Source of the DNA: Veleropilina oligotropha
Lineage: Eukaryota
Assembly (NCBI GenBank): GCA_048128005.1
Contig: JBEUKZ010000135.1
Location: forward strand, 62,001-126,000
Reading direction: 5' to 3'
Length of the DNA stretch: 64,000 nt
A program made the translations under genes and the position numbers. Shown piece after piece: positions 1-15,439 of this stretch. The first letter of the stretch is position 1; every line of letters starts with the position of its first letter. The notes under the pieces are model-generated. The model did not search any database. It saw only the letters and a list, made by a program, of their open reading frames with translations, and was not told where the DNA came from.

Positions 1-1492
1 TTTAACCGTTACGTAAATTTCGGAAAGATTTTCGCCGGAAATCACCCATGATAATTACTTGTATTTAAATGGTTCTTTATTATAAATATATGTCCTGGTA
101 ATAAATTTATTTGCAAAGGAGAATTTGCATAATGCATTTTTCTTTCCATGAATACGGATTGTATACACAATATTTTGTGGTTATTCTGACCTGTTTCAGT
201 AGAATTGATATATAGTTTACTATGGTGTGGAAATTCATATTCTGAACGTTTCTCTTCTGCTGAACACATGTCGCGTTATCGGCCGCCATGTTGAAAATTT
301 AGCCCTATGTTTTAATCTCGAATCGATTTGTTTTTACAATTATTGAATAATTATTTCTAGCGATATTTAATTAGTCCAGTTAATTATGTTATGATATAAA
401 AAAACTTATAAGACGTTGTCTTCATATATAAATTGAAATAATAATTAAATCACCGTAGTTCTCAACAACGATGCTACGAATCCAAATCAGGGGAGATAAT
501 ATTTTTAATATTGTTGCAAAAGACACGTTGTGTTGATGTTGTCTTATAATTATGTTATTTATCGGCGAACTAAGTGATGTTCACATGAATACATGTAACA
601 GCACCTTTTACATTGATTCGTAAGCCTAATCGTTGATTTTGCGTTCAGATAAACCCAAAAGTCTGTCATTTGGACTTTGACAATAGATTTTAATCCGATT
701 ATCCACTTTATCGATCGATGTCTGCCATCCCATAATATCCCCGATTGACATTGTTCATTTCCATAACATTTCTACACTGAAAAGATGTTTATCGAACTTT
801 CAGTTCCCACTTTTTCCGGAAGTAAACATTATTTTGAAACCCACGAGGTTGAAAAAAGGGTTCAACTTTGAATGTTACTGTTGATTAAACATCTTTACGA
901 TGGCGTAGCAAGACATACCGGCAAATACGCAAGTATTTTGATCAATTTAACGATGTTAATATCAATTATGTATTGTTTTGTCAATTATGCAGCCGAAAAT
1001 TTCTTATGCAAATAAGCGAAAATGCGGTAATTATGCATGCAATTAAGCGATTATTAGCATATGATAATACGTGTAATAGTAAACTATTCTGTTCCTGTAG
1101 ATTTTATGCAAATATCCGAAATATGCAATTAAGCGTTAAATGCAATTAAGTGGAATCCACTGTACTATGAACACAATAGAGAAAATAGGCAAGGCGTAGT
1201 AATATCGCACTATGTTTCTTGTTATAATATAATTGTTATACATAAAAAGATTTGCCTCAAATGTAAAATTTACATTATATATTTAATATGAAATAAATTT
1301 ATGAATTGAATTTATCAATATTGTTCATTATTTTACCACAGAATGAAATCCTTACAGTAACTATTTTTTGGTTCAATGGAAAGGCTGTTCCGTTAATTGG
1401 ATGTTACCTGACGATATACAATAATAACTACACCATAACAAACTAAATATTATGTTTATTTTTACGGGATTCTGGTTAAAAAATAATGTAAA

Positions 1493-1649
1493 TATAAGGA
1501 TTGAATTGCAGTTTGGTTGCGTTTATGCTGGTATGAATGCAAGCAGCAATTACATATTCTACATGGAGCGCTAACATAGAAGATATAATTGGTGCTTGCG
1601 TTCGTTCATACCAGCATAAACGCAACCAAACTGCAGTTCAATCCCTATA
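1493..1649. repeat. ~155-bp foldback inverted repeat (MITE-like)
   Basis: GGATTGAATTGCAGTTTGGTTGCGTTTATGCTGGTATGAA (~1498-1537) is mirrored almost perfectly by TTCATACCAGCATAAACGCAACCAAACTGCAGTTCAATCC (~1605-1644); imperfect pairing continues inward. Confidence 0.75.
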
Positions 1650-2817
1650 AGGCGGGCAAAATATCATGCATCTTGATAATCTTACCTGGATTCTGTTCCG
1701 TCGTTACGAAACGCTTGATCAAGTTGCTTCTCCTTTGTCGTTAAGTTGTCCAACATGACTTGCCGCCGTTCAACCTCTCTCTGAGTACTTTTAGACTCAA
1801 GGATGTAGAAACACGATATAATTTGACAAATATAATTATGTTACCATACATGTGATAACCCAAAACAGCATTCCAAGAGGTTGGGTCCATATTCCAGAAG
1901 ATTGGGGTCAAATTTCAGAAGTATATTTATCGACTATTACGTCATATACTTTTAATTATTTGCATAAAAAGACATGTATAGAAATGACAGTAATAGTAGT
2001 CTTATGCAATCAAAACAATAAATAAAAGTGAGTTGTATAAAAATACCACAATAAATAATTTAACTTTTCATATCAATATTAATATGTTGATATTGCTACA
2101 AGAAGTGTTATCATAGTAATTTTATTCCAAACAATTAATGCAGTATCATATTTATATGGTCAATCGTTATAAAACATGTGGTTATAATTAAGTCAATCCA
2201 TACTTTCAACTGAACAAAATATGTAACATTTCAATCTCCTATCTACATGACAACTTGGAAACTGTTGATCCGAGTTTTATCTCCTTATCAGTACTGTATT
2301 TATCAGTAATTACAAAGTCAATCCATAATTTACTTTGAACTGAACATAGCTACAGGTGTTTTCAACCTGGTGATCCTGTCTTTATTTTCATAACCATCTG
2401 TATTTTACATCCTGGTTTATTAAATGCACATGATGCTTCCTGTGAAGTTTTGCCAACTAATTTCAGTAGTTTCATACCACTTCTTGCTGGTATAACTTTT
2501 GAAATGTTATTTGTACGATTAAATGACTTTCATAGGACTGAAATAACTGATATTGGAACAGTAATTGGGTATCAATCTGGACGCATTACCATTGAATCAT
2601 GAAAGTAGCGATAATGCGCTTGGCACCGTAATCAAACAATTGCGGTGGCAGGAATCAAATTAAGGTAGATTACAATTAATGCATAGAGTTCTATTGTTAA
2701 TTAGGCCTACATTGCAAGAAAATAATATTACTAGACAATTAAATTATCTCTGGAAGATTATCTGATTTCGTGAGATTTATGTCATTTCGGGAGACTCCCG
2801 GAGAAGGCCATTTCGGG

Positions 2818-3305
2818 CAGGCGCGGATCCAGGGGGGGCGCAACCGGTGCGCGCCCCCCTAAAGCTGGTCAAGCATACTAAAATAATATGTATAATCTGA
2901 TACAAATGACTTTCAGAACATTATAAATAGGCCTACCCCAAAATACTCAAGTTGAATTGTATTACTATTAACTTTTGCAATGTAACAATGCAGGAGGGGG
3001 GATTTCACATAGTTAATTGTCCAAAAAAATTTGCGCATGGGGCCCCGACTTTTCTTGGGATACAGTCGGTCTGGACCCCACGTTTAAAAGCAGAAATGTG
3101 TTAGATTGTGAAAAAATACTCATACATTTTAGTGAAAATGGTTAATAAATTTTGGTAAGAAATATCGCTTTTGCCCTGTCAGAGTGCAGGAGAGGGGGTT
3201 TCAGGCTGTTGATTGTCAAAATTTTCTTTTACGTGGGGCCCCGCACGCGAACAGCTGATAGTAAATTCAGCGCCCCCCTAAGCAAAATTCCTGGATCCGC
3301 TCCTG
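2818..3305. mobile_element. Non-autonomous DNA transposon (MITE) with short TIRs
   Basis: CAGGCGCGGATCCAGG at the left end and CCTGGATCCGCTCCTG at the right end form imperfect TIRs; no ORF; no clear TSD. Confidence 0.6.
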
Positions 3306-3360
3306 TCGGATTTCTGGAGTAATTTACTCCCGGCTGGAGGTATCACATGTATGCGTCTCA

Positions 3361-3530
3361 AGAGTGCAGTGCAGTGACTTGACTGCATCGGTAGTTTAGT
3401 GGATATCACTGGCTCCCCCTCTGAGACAGAGTGCAGTGACTTGACTGCATCGGTAGTTTAGTGGATATCACTGGCTCCCACTCGCTTGACTGCTCTGATT
3501 AACAGGATTTTGGGTTCAAATCCTTGACTT
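3361..3530 (+). repeat. Duplicated ~55-bp unit followed by a tRNA-derived SINE-like head
   Basis: GTGCAGTGACTTGACTGCATCGGTAGTTTAGTGGATATCACTGGCTCCCC occurs twice; A-box-like TAGTTTAGTGG and B-box-like GGTTCAAATCC (~3513). Confidence 0.35.
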
Positions 3531-4618
3531 AAATTAACAATCACAGTTGTCCATAATTGGTCATGCTTTATTTATAAATCATTTAACTTCATAAAATTTG
3601 CACGGTATCTTCAACAACTGACAAAATGCTATTATATCGTATGAAAAATTAATAAGGATCATTTTGCGATCAAACAGCGACGAAAAATCCATGTCATCAC
3701 CCTCAATATTATATATAACTCTTGCTAAAGGATACATCAAGTATGATGGCGAGGCACGTATGAGGTTTTGTCGCAGCCGATTTAGGTTGCTTGTAAACTG
3801 CTTCATTGAAGAAAGCTGAAATGCAGAAAGACATATGATACAGTCGGTGTGCATAGTGTTCGGTTTGTTATGGTGAATGCTATACACTGATCTGTTCAAA
3901 TATCATTTATTTTCAGCGACCACCATAAAACAAATTGAAAGTTTAATTAGACACGAGACATTTCGACCTATATAGGTCCAATGAGAAGAGATGTATGTCA
4001 CACAACTTTCGAAATTTGGGCAATTTCGAAATTTCCGCACACAAATGAGCCGGTTTACACGACAGCCTCGATATAATGCGGTAGTTGCCACTGTTGGGGT
4101 CCAAAATATCGGGACCGCGTTATATCAGACCGCGTTGTAGGAAAGTTGTATAATTACAGACGATGCGATGCAACACAATAAATTAACAGTACCGTTGGAG
4201 TTCATCGAATCATATTGATATACATTGCTAAGTAAACACTATATAAATGTATGTTTATAATAAAAATGTATCTCATTCTGATATGTTTTTTATTAAATTA
4301 CCTCATATAAATCTACGTACTTGTAGGCCAATTTATTTTCGTTTCTGTAAATTCCCTGACAAACGACACGAGACCAATTAGCACTTTGCTAATGTAACGC
4401 ATCGCTGCTCATTTTCAAAAGGCTATTGATGGTCTTGTTAATTGTTTCATTTACTTAACGCCTGGTGATTTCATTCATTGTCACATTAATAATTGTCAAT
4501 TGTTTCAATTCCTAGTATAATTTATTTCTCCGGTCCTGCATACAGCGCAACAAAAGCCATTCAAAAGTTACTTTCAATTAAATAGGCCAATATATATAGA
4601 TGGCGCTATTGCAGCAAA

Positions 4619-7600
4619 AAGGTTTTCAAGTAAACCTAGTATTAGTTAGAATATACTTACGTCATTACCAATGCCATAATATCGCAAAACAGGAAACTGT
4701 GAAAAGCGTTTCACTTTCTTAATATTTTGACACACGCTTACCTCCCCTGCTCACCCTCGTCAACTTTCCTCTCGCGAGACCTGCCCAAGTCTCACGAGAT
4801 CTCCGAGATCAAGGCCGAGCCCGCCAATTTTAAGTTAGAGCAATCTACAGTGCATAGAGGAACTTAGCAAGAGGGGTTGGAAGGGAATGTAATGAGCAGG
4901 GTGGGTAGACATGTAATGACGTAAGTATACGCTAACTAATAATAGGTTTACTTGAAAACTTTCTTATTAGTAGCAATATACTCAATGCCAGAATCAACAT
5001 GGAAGTGGGCTAAGTTCTAAAGAAATTAATACCCAAACAAGTTACTAACTTGTCACCATGGAGTCAGCTTGTAGTGCCGAATCGCGTCCACTCAGAATGG
5101 AATTAATGAGTATTATAATTCTACCCTTACCTCCGACTGAATTTTGACCAATGAACCTGGGAAAAAACGCCAGAAGTGTTAGTCGGACAAGGTGACGCCA
5201 AAGTGCAATCAGCCCCAGGCAAGGCCGGAGGATAAATCCTGTAGGACTTAGATGTCATGGACCGAAGTAGCTTTCAGTAAACCCTGGGCATCGAGGTCGG
5301 TAACCAAAAGATGCAGTCAACTTGCGACAAACATACAGCACCTAAAAATGTTGTGAATGTAACTAGTTATGCAATTATTAATAGATATAAGTAATATATA
5401 CACGTATATATTATATTCCATATTAATAACAAATTCGCTTGACCAAATAGCGAAATGCAAACATGTCCCCATGTTACTTAAAGAAAATTTAAAGATTGAA
5501 TGATATTAAATTTTTTCAATGTCGCAACACCGTAAGCTCATAACAGCAAATGAACTTCAATAATATCAAAATCTAAAAAACATTTTAAGATTTAGCATTA
5601 TAAATGTTTAAATTCAATGTGAGTTGGCGTGCGTCATGTGAACTCAGATACATGACAATTTATTCTGTCCATAAATAGAATTTTGGAACTGTAGACAACA
5701 CACTGAAATCAACATTTAGGGTAGAGCAAGCTTCACAATAGAGTTGCACATAATGCAGAGTGAACAGTATAATTACCAATTAAGGATTTACAATACCTGT
5801 CACTGCCGATTTGACATAGTTGTCCTAGAAACGCAGTGGTGCGTTGCAGCACATTGGGCAATGGACAACCCGCCCGCTCCCGTCAAGAAATCGCATAAAT
5901 AATGCTTTACGAAGACATTCAGGTTTTTCCTGGTCGATATCGCTCTTTTTCATGGGCACGAACAGCAATCAGGTTGTGGTCAGCTTTGTGGATAGGGAGT
6001 ATACCCCCTGGACCATGTGACAAATACACCTCGAGATCGTATTCTTAGATACATCGTGGGTGAAATCGGGCAAATAAGAATAAACAAGAGTTTTTTGCCT
6101 TGTCGTAATCACGTGTACGGTCCAGGTAATATCGAAGCATACGTACCGGGCAGTTAAGACGGTCGATATCGTTTCTACCGACGAGGGATAGCTGTGGTAA
6201 ACGACCTCCGGAGCAATATCGTACTGCCGCTGGTTCTTTGAAAGAAAACCCAATGCTGGCCGTAAAATGACTGATCTTTGGACTGGAATCTAATGTCCCC
6301 GAGCTCTGCGGAGAAGTTGTGTATCTCTAAAGGCCCTTTGCCCAACGCAAACACAATGAAGTACACAGTTTGTAGGTAAGGTTAGGTAAGGAAACATTAA
6401 TACATAACGGCTCGAACAAGCCTTCTAGCAGAGCGTTAAGGATAAGTACAATATTCCAAGCAGGCCGCGGCATGATAATCGGTCTTTCGAGTTTGTAAGA
6501 CTTTACAAAGTCAGAAATAGTACGGCCGACGAAAAGCCAATTCGGGAGCGACATTGCTTTGCGCGTAGTCGAGATCGAGGCCCGATAACCTTTGATGGCC
6601 AAGACTGACAGTACTCGTTCGAATAACGACGTAATAAACTCGATAAACTTGCTCGCAGGGGAACTGTGAATAATATTGACTTCCCGCCTGTGATACCAAC
6701 TCACAAATTTTAACCAATGGTAGTCGTAGACTTTAGATGTAGATTGTCTTCGCGATCGGTTAATGCGGCGCGAGAAATCCTTTCTCAACAAGCGATCGCT
6801 CGATAAACCGCCAAGCGTGTAAACGAAGTACGTTCGACGACGGATGTAACACCCTTGAGCGCGGTTGCATTGACAGGTCCGGTCTCTGCGGTCGCGCTTG
6901 CGGTAGATAAACGATAAGATCGAGAAGAGTCGGAAACCAAGGCTGCGTGCCATTAGAGGTGCTATTAGCGCTATCTCGCAGCGATCTCGCGATGCCTTCT
7001 GTAGAACAAGCCGTAGTATGCACGGCGAGAGAAAGGCGTAAGCGATCAGATTCTCCCATGTCATTGACAGCGCGTCGACCGCTGGGGCGGCCGGGTCCGG
7101 GGTGACATACAAAGGGAGTCAGTGAATGAATTCTGTTGCGAACAGATCGACTTGGGGTTGTGACCAAGGGCGACAAACTTCCCGAGCTACCTGGTCTGTA
7201 GCGTCCACTCCGTGTGTTCAATCTGCGATTTCCGAGAGAGCGAGTCAGCTTGGACGATCAATTTTCCCGGGATGTGTCGTACTCGTATCGTCGAGTTGAG
7301 GGACATCACTAGGCGGTGTAGGTCGATATCCCGGTCGCACAGGGTACGCGAGCGAGTGCCACCCTGGTTTTGAACGTATGCAACGACAGTCGTGTTGTCC
7401 ATGGCGAGCATTATATGCTTGTAGCGGAGATGTGACGAGAGGGACCGTATGTCAGGTAAACCGCTTCTAACTCTAGGTAGTTTATGTGTCGTCCCTGCAG
7501 GTCCGTCGGCCATAGGCCCGATGTCTCGTAACTGTCGAGGTGACCATCCCAGCCCACGTTCGAAGCATCCGTGCATAGGAAGGAATTCGGCTCTGGCGGG

Positions 7601-9697
7601 GATATGGGAACCGACTGGCTCGGCAAAGCAGGGTTCAGCCACCCTGCTGTCGAGTGATTGAACCAATGCCGAAGATCGATACGATCCGTCCACTGTCCCA
7701 TCTGTTGCATCCAGCGGTCTCTAAAGGCCTGCTGTAACGGTTGCTACCGACTCGATGTGCCCTAAGACAGTGGCCAGTTGTCACGCCGTGGTTATCCAAG
7801 ATGACCTCGTGTCCTGGATAACTGCGCGTAGGTTCTCGATACTTTTTCTGGTCGGCTTTGCAGTGTACCGGACCGTGTCGAAGACGACTCCGAGAAACGT
7901 AAACGTCTTCAAGGGCACGAAGCAGGATTTGGTCTCGTTGATCTGAAATCCGAGGCGCTTCGACGATGACGGTAAAGCTCGTAGACTGGAGTCACAGATC
8001 CCGGGACGCCCCGAGGATCAGCCAGTCGTCGAGGTACATAATTATGTACCCTTTGCCCTACATAATGTAGGAAGGTCCCGAGGGCCTGTACTGTTCTCGT
8101 GAAGACGTAGGGGGCTGACGATAGACCGTACGGTAGACACCTGACTTGGTAGATCGTCTCCCCGAGCATAAACCTGAGGTACTGATGAGCCGAGGCATGC
8201 ATCGGAACATGTAAGTACGCATCATCAGGTCGGATGGCCGGACGGATGGCTGCTCGTATCTTCGACAGTGTTTCTTGCCGGAACTTCTCGTATGCAAATA
8301 GCGGCTGAGGTGCGAGAGATCGAGGATCGGTCTCCAGCGGCCATCAGGGTTCGGGACCAGGAAGAAATGGCTGTAGAATCCTAGTGTGCTGGGCGGTGCG
8401 AGATAGATAGCTCCTATCAGGAGTAAGTCCCGCACTGCCTGGTCTAAGACCGCTGGCTTCTCTCCGTGAAGGAGGTGAGCACATCTTGGTGGTGGTGTCA
8501 TGGTTAGGGTTGGATGCCGGTTGAATGCCAACTTTATCCAGCACTCATGACTGAGTGGACCCAGCTGCTGTCTGTCAGCCCCAGCCACGTCTGGCTGTAG
8601 GCTAACAGACACGCTCCCCCCGGCGCAGCTGTGCGTGTCGGTAACCCTCGGGCCATGACGGTTTTCTCCTCCCGCTCTGACAGGATCTGGTTGGAGGGCC
8701 TTTCTTCTCGTTGGATTTCCGGGTCGGATATAAGGATAAGACCGGATATCAACCTGTGACTTGTTATTAATTACACTCCGGGTGGCTTTGGCAACCCTAG
8801 TTACAGAACAAGTATCTCGACTAGAATTGACACCAAGTCTGACGTATAAACTTTATTAAAACGGCCAGTCGGAAACTAACAAATTGAATGCAGGAGGCTA
8901 TATATAGATACAGCCGCCATAAAAAACACCTGAAAACCTCGTGGATGTTGATTTCAATAGGTTAGAACTGTGGCGAAATATCCCAGATTCGGCAGATAGA
9001 CCAAATAACGCACGTTAATACCTAAATATCTGCCTTGATAGCGACGCTAAATTCGATTGAACAAAGTTGTTAAGAATTTAAGCAAGATGCGTCGCTAAGG
9101 AATAATCTAATATATATATGAATTACAAATCAGATCAAATAATATTAGACAAAAGACTTCTTCCTCTGAAAGGTTCATGTAAAACACGAAGCTCTCCTGC
9201 TTAAACAACTTTTCCCTCCTGTTAGCAGCCTCTTTAGATCTTTCACTTAATATCAAATATGGCGGCGTAAACCGAGTGAAGTCTCGTGGTCCGCAATTTT
9301 ATCACAACTTCTTTTGATAATAACGGTCCCGTAATACTTCCAAAACACAGTATGGCTAAACACCGACTATATACTGTATATATAATCCTGCACTGTATAG
9401 TGCGAAAAGGTAGCCTTTATCATCCACTATATGTGTTTAAATAAGTCGTCTGAAGGACAGAAGACAAGCACGTCTGTACGGTTTGTCGGAGACTTAAAAT
9501 TGGCGGGCTCTGCCTTGATTTCGGAGATCTCGCAAGAGTTGGGCAGGTCTCGCGAGAGGAACGTTGAAGAGGGTGAGCAGCGGAGGTAAGCATGTGTACA
9601 AATATTAAGAAAGTGAAACGATTTTCACAGTTTGCAGTTTAGCGATAATATGGTTATTATGGCATTGGTAATGACATAGAGTATATTGCTACTAATA
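4619..9697 (-). mobile_element. DIRS1-like retrotransposon, family A, decayed copy with gag deleted
   Basis: Terminal inverted repeats (~4619-4835 and ~9491-9697) and an internal complementary region (~4914-4990). Frameshifted RT, RNase H, MT and YR fragments (5969-8612) are colinear with the copy at 15.0-22.6 kb. About 2.3 kb including gag is missing at ~8725. Confidence 0.93.
5800..8640 (-). pseudogene. Fragmented DIRS RT-RNaseH-MT and tyrosine recombinase ORFs
   Basis: ORF pieces containing GFYSHFFLVPNPDGRWRPILDLS, LPYGLSSAPYVFTR, TDASNVGWDG, HINYLEL, DNTTVVAY, ADSLSR, DALSMTW and YR segments lie in different frames. Confidence 0.9.
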
Positions 9698-10104
9698 CTT
9701 TAATTTGGGCACTGCACATGTTAACTTCGACAATGCCCAACTTTCGACGGTACATTATAAACTTCGGCAATTAAAAAGCCTCGTTTTCTTGGTTATATGC
9801 AAACGTTGTTTGTAACTCGCATATTTTTGCACACAAGCGGTTTAAAAAGTTCTGCTACTGTATTTGGCCAATGGAGATGTGCTGCATTTTTGGCAAATAG
9901 GACTGGGCAGGAAGTTGGGCAGTTTCGAACTTGGGTATAGTGAAAGTTTGGATTCAACACACTACAGGCGTGTGTGACCTATGACACTGCACCTGTCTAG
10001 CTTCTTACAAAGTAAAATAACGAATTAAATTTAAGCAGGCATTTACAAATTCAAACACTGCGAGTGAATTTTTCATTTTATACATAAAATGTAATCTAAG
10101 AAAA

Positions 10105-11464
10105 TAACTAGATATGTCAGAGTGACATGAATGCCCCCCGTGAAACAACTGCCCATGCAGGAATGAAAGAAATTCGAAGTAAACAGCCATAACTCTCTTA
10201 ACATTGCATTTACATTTAACAATGTATGAATAAGTATACACCTATATTCCAAATATCGTTTCATTCCATGAATGTATTCAGAAGTTATCGTTCAGAATTG
10301 AAAACAAAATTAAATTAATAATTAATGTCCTGTCTCCTAAATGAAGTTGGGAATTTATATAAATGAAACTCCACTCAGATATTATGATATACATATGTAT
10401 ATATCAAATTAATTTAATTTGAACCCATGAATGCCTTAATATAGCGCAGAATCTAAAGCATTCATTCGAGAGACAAACATGTGTGACTATAAATGCTCTC
10501 CATACTTCGTTTTGCCGGGGACCGGGCATAAAATTTCTTTCAAATGATATTACATGTATGTATACCAAATTTAATTTATATCCATGAAGGCATTATCAAG
10601 TTATCGGCCGAAAATGGAAAAAAAAATTGCATGTTGATGAAGGGACATAACTCCCTTATGTGAAGGCGGAATGTCACCGAAATCTAACTCCACTTAGCTA
10701 TTATGATCATACACGTGAATATCAAATTTAATTTAAATCCATGATGGCATTCTGAAGTTACCGCCACGAAATGAAAAAATGTTTAAAAGTGAATCAAGGG
10801 GCATAACTCCCATATGGAACATGGGAATTTTACCGAAATCGAACTGCACTTAGCCATTACGATCATACATGTGAATACCAAATTTAATGTAAATCCATGA
10901 AGGCATTCTCAAGTTACCGCCCGGAAATGAAAAAATGTTTCCAAGTGAATCAAGGGGCATAACTCCTTAATGGAAATTCGGAATGTTACCGAAATCGAAC
11001 TTCACTTCAGTATTATGATCATGATCATGAATACCAAATTTAATGCAAATCCATGAAGGCATTCTGAAGTTACCGCCCGGAAATGAAAAAATGTTTCAAA
11101 GTGCATGAAGGGGCATAACTCCTTTATGGAAGTTCGGAATGTTACCAAAATCGAACTTCACTTGGGTATTATGATCATACACGTGAATACCAAATTTTAT
11201 GTAAATCCATGAAGGCATTCTCAAGTTACTGCCCGGAAATGAAAAAATGTTTCAAAGTGAATCAAGGGGCATAACTCCTTTATGGAAATTCGGAATGTTA
11301 CCAAAATCGAACTTCACTAGGGTATGATGATCATACACGTGAATACCAAATTTCATTGAAATCCATGAAGGCATTCTAAAGTTATAGCCCGGAAACAAAG
11401 TTCGGACGGACGGACGTGTGCAACACTATATGTCCCCAAACTTCGTTTAGGGGGCATACAAAAA
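10105..11464 (+). mobile_element. HINE/pearl-like non-autonomous element with a 156-bp tandem core
   Basis: Sub-terminal inverted repeat ATGCCCCC (~10131) / GGGGGCAT (~11450); (G/A)CATAACTCC recurs at 10645, 10801, 10957, 11113 and 11269 (156-bp period); (CGGA)n microsatellite at ~11403; 3' hairpin CCCCAAAC-TTC-GTTTAGGGG. Confidence 0.7.
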
Positions 11465-12322
11465 CCCCATGGCACTGCTTTTATTATATTTGTGCACATC
11501 ACAGGAAGTTATAAACTGACGGACGCGCTAACTTTGATTTGTGGCGCTACAATCGCATCTATTAATGCGCTATTAATTGTTGCTGTCGAGAGTCGAATAA
11601 AGAACACAAAAGGTATAAATTTAAGATTAATTGGGACTCTTATTTCATTCAATGCGTGGGAAATAAAACAAACAACAATGCATCCACTGGGTCTGTTCAA
11701 GTACCCTGAAGGAATGACTTCGGGCCGCATTTGAATTAGTTAATTGAATTGCGAGATTTACATTTATTGCTTCTTTAAAATTTCATTTAATAAATAATAT
11801 ACATTTGAATCGATGTTAGATACCATTTCTATTGTCGACCCCTAAACTAATTCTGAAAATGTACACTATACCAGTATACTAGTATAGCCTAATCTAATTA
11901 CCGCGATTCAAGATCAGCTTAGGATAATTTTTAAAGACTACAAATATTATGGGACCCATGGTTAGCCCCGTGTTATAACCGATTCCGCGCTATGCCAAGG
12001 CTGTCGTGTACATAGCATTGGTTTGCTTGTCAAGACAAATATTTTTGGAGGAAATTTTTTAAAAACGTATGTACAGAAGAAGAACCAATATGTCATATGG
12101 TAATATGAGGGTTTGAATCCACACTGTTGTTGCTTAACAATAATGCTTAAAAACTGATCTTAATTTATATATACGCAGTGTTTTCCACCCCGGGCACTTA
12201 TAATGTGGCGGGTCTGCCACCCTATGACCCATCCCCGCACATTTCCACACCTTTTAAAAACGACCACCATACCAGATGTTGGCCCCATAGAAGCCATAAT
12301 TAATATATATATGCAATACATA

Positions 12323-12966
<644 letters not shown>

Positions 12967-15349
12967 GCATAGATACGGTACATACATGCATGCACGCGCG
13001 AGCACACGAACACACACGTGAGTGCGAACACACACGCGACCCCTCCGCGACAATTCCCCCATCTTACAATTCCAATCCGGGAGAACCCTGATACATCAAC
13101 ATTATATCGGCCATATCAATTCTATCCTTGGGACTTGTTCAGGGTGGATTTACATTGCCCCATACAAGAGTAATTTCCCTTTATTTGGCCATACAGACCA
13201 ATTAAAATATAATCTACAACACATTTGAATCTGAATTATAGTGCTTTTATGCCATTCTGAACAATTGATTCTGATTGGCTGATTTATGATCAAAAGTTGA
13301 GTCGATGACCAATCAAGGATTCATGTCAGGATGCAGATGTTGAACTAAATGATAACCGGTACCTTCCATTATAATAGTATGACATTACATATTATCAGCA
13401 TGTACTTCATCATTCATTCTATATCTAGTCACCTCTATGACTAGATATTCCGAAGCAGCATAGTAGAAATTCACAGCAGTATCAACATGAAACTAGCCAA
13501 GTCCTCAAGCCCACAACTCAAGGGTTTAACCCTTCACATGGCAGCCATCTTGAATGCCGAAATGACCAAAATCCTTTGGGGTCATGATAACTTATGTGCG
13601 CATGATATCTGAAGCAAATTGGAATATTATTGTTGACTGTGGAAACCAAGTGCACACATAAGCTATCTCTACAGATGTGGCGATAGAGATACAAATCCAT
13701 ACATATCCTCACTACATGCACTATTGTCCGGGGATAGAACAATGTTTACTCAATTATTGGTAGAACTTAATGACGAGGATAAATATCTAATTTCCCGCCG
13801 TATATCTGATAAATCGTGGGTCACCTTGGTGTATGTGGAGCTGGTGCGGTTCTCCTTGTTCCTCTAGAGCTGTTATCTTCTCCATGATGTCGTGCCCCAT
13901 GCATCGTACTCCGCAAGCCTGCAAGATCACAATTTACAGTTGTTTTGGTTGTTTGCATCCATACTTAATGTTCCACTTTTAACATCCTTTAGGTCAACAA
14001 AAAAAATTCTTGGTTCCAGTTACATGCTCATGTAGGTACTGTAAACAAATATTTTTTGGGGTGAAATATTTTTATAAACATGTAATAGTATGTATAGAAG
14101 AAGAACCAATACATCAGGGTCCGATTTACCTGGTACATACATGTGGTATAACGGTGCAGAAAGCTATGCATTAATCAGATTTTGCCATACAATTGATTGA
14201 CTACTGCGTGGCAGTGTTTTGCGATGCATTACTTCTGTGTTTAAAATCACACTGAGAGCCAATTTCATGTATTTTCTATGAACTAACACTTTTGGAAATC
14301 AGCCCTCGCAATTCAAAAATTTGCTTCAGCCAAAAAATGGCTGAAGCAAAAGAGTTCTACTTCAGCTAAAATACTTTTGCTTCAGCTATTTTTAAAATAT
14401 ACTTTTATATTGATACATGCATAAATACATCCATGGATATTAATGTTCGCTTGCATCTTCATTACTTCCAATATATTTATTCACTATATTGTGTTCACTA
14501 GATTTTAAATATTATAAAAATAACTTTCTATTTTGTAATCATGATCATTTTATATTGTTTAATTTGTTGTTTTCTCTTTTTATTTTTCTCTCCATAAATA
14601 ATCCATTTCATGATAAACTTTGACCTTTCTTATTGCTGAGTGCTGTTTTGCTACATGCAAATTAGGGCCAGGGCTTGTGACGTGATTCCTCCGATCTCTG
14701 GCTGACCACTGACTTTGATGTCAGGACCAATTTGGCTGTTCCGTCTACTAACATTATTGGAATAGCCGGGAGGGAGGGAAACCTAGAAATGAGTAGCCGC
14801 CATTCATGTACTCCAACAACGTTAGAGCCTGTTATAGTTCCTAATCAGACTCTAACGGCTGAGCTAAAATTTCTCACCGCAGAATAATCTAAAGGTGAAA
14901 ATCACATCCCGTGGCGAAAAATACTAAATTTCAATAAAGTAACTACAGTTTATCACTTACTTGCATCGATATATGTTCCTTTATATCAAATTTCATCACA
15001 TGCTGCCCCAATTTTGTTACCTTAACACCGAAAAGAGGTTTTTAAGTAAACCTAGTATTAGTTAGAATATACTTACATCATTACCAATGCCATAATAGCC
15101 ATATTATCGCTAAACCGGAAACTGTGAAAAAGCGTTTCACTTTCTTTTAAATCTTACACGCTTACCCCCCCCCCCCCCCCCCTGCTCACCCCTCTCACGT
15201 TCCTCCCACGAGATCTGCCCAAGTCTCGCGAGACCTCAGAGACCAAGATCGAGCTGATCTCATTTTTAAGTCAGAGGAATCTACAGTGCGTAGAGGAACT
15301 TAGCAAGAGGGGTTGGAAGAGAATGTAATGAGCAGGGTGGGTAGACGTG

Positions 15350-15439
15350 TAATGACGTAAGTATATATTCTAACTAATACTAGGTTTACTTAAAAACCTC
15401 TTATTAGTAGCAATATACTCTACGTCATTACCAATGCCA
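15350..15439 (-). other. DIRS internal complementary region (ICR)
   Basis: TTCTAACTAATACTAGGTTTACTTAAAAACCTC is the reverse complement of the left terminus (15035 onward); the adjacent TTATTAGTAGCAATATACTCTACGTCATTACCAATGCCA is the reverse complement of the right terminus (~22534-22572). Confidence 0.92.

Noticed and set aside
3445..3530. tRNA gene
   Set aside because: A- and B-box-like motifs are present but no cloverleaf could be folded; more likely a SINE remnant.
10540..11400. CRISPR-like array
   Set aside because: Whole 156-bp units repeat with no unique spacers; eukaryotic context, no cas genes.
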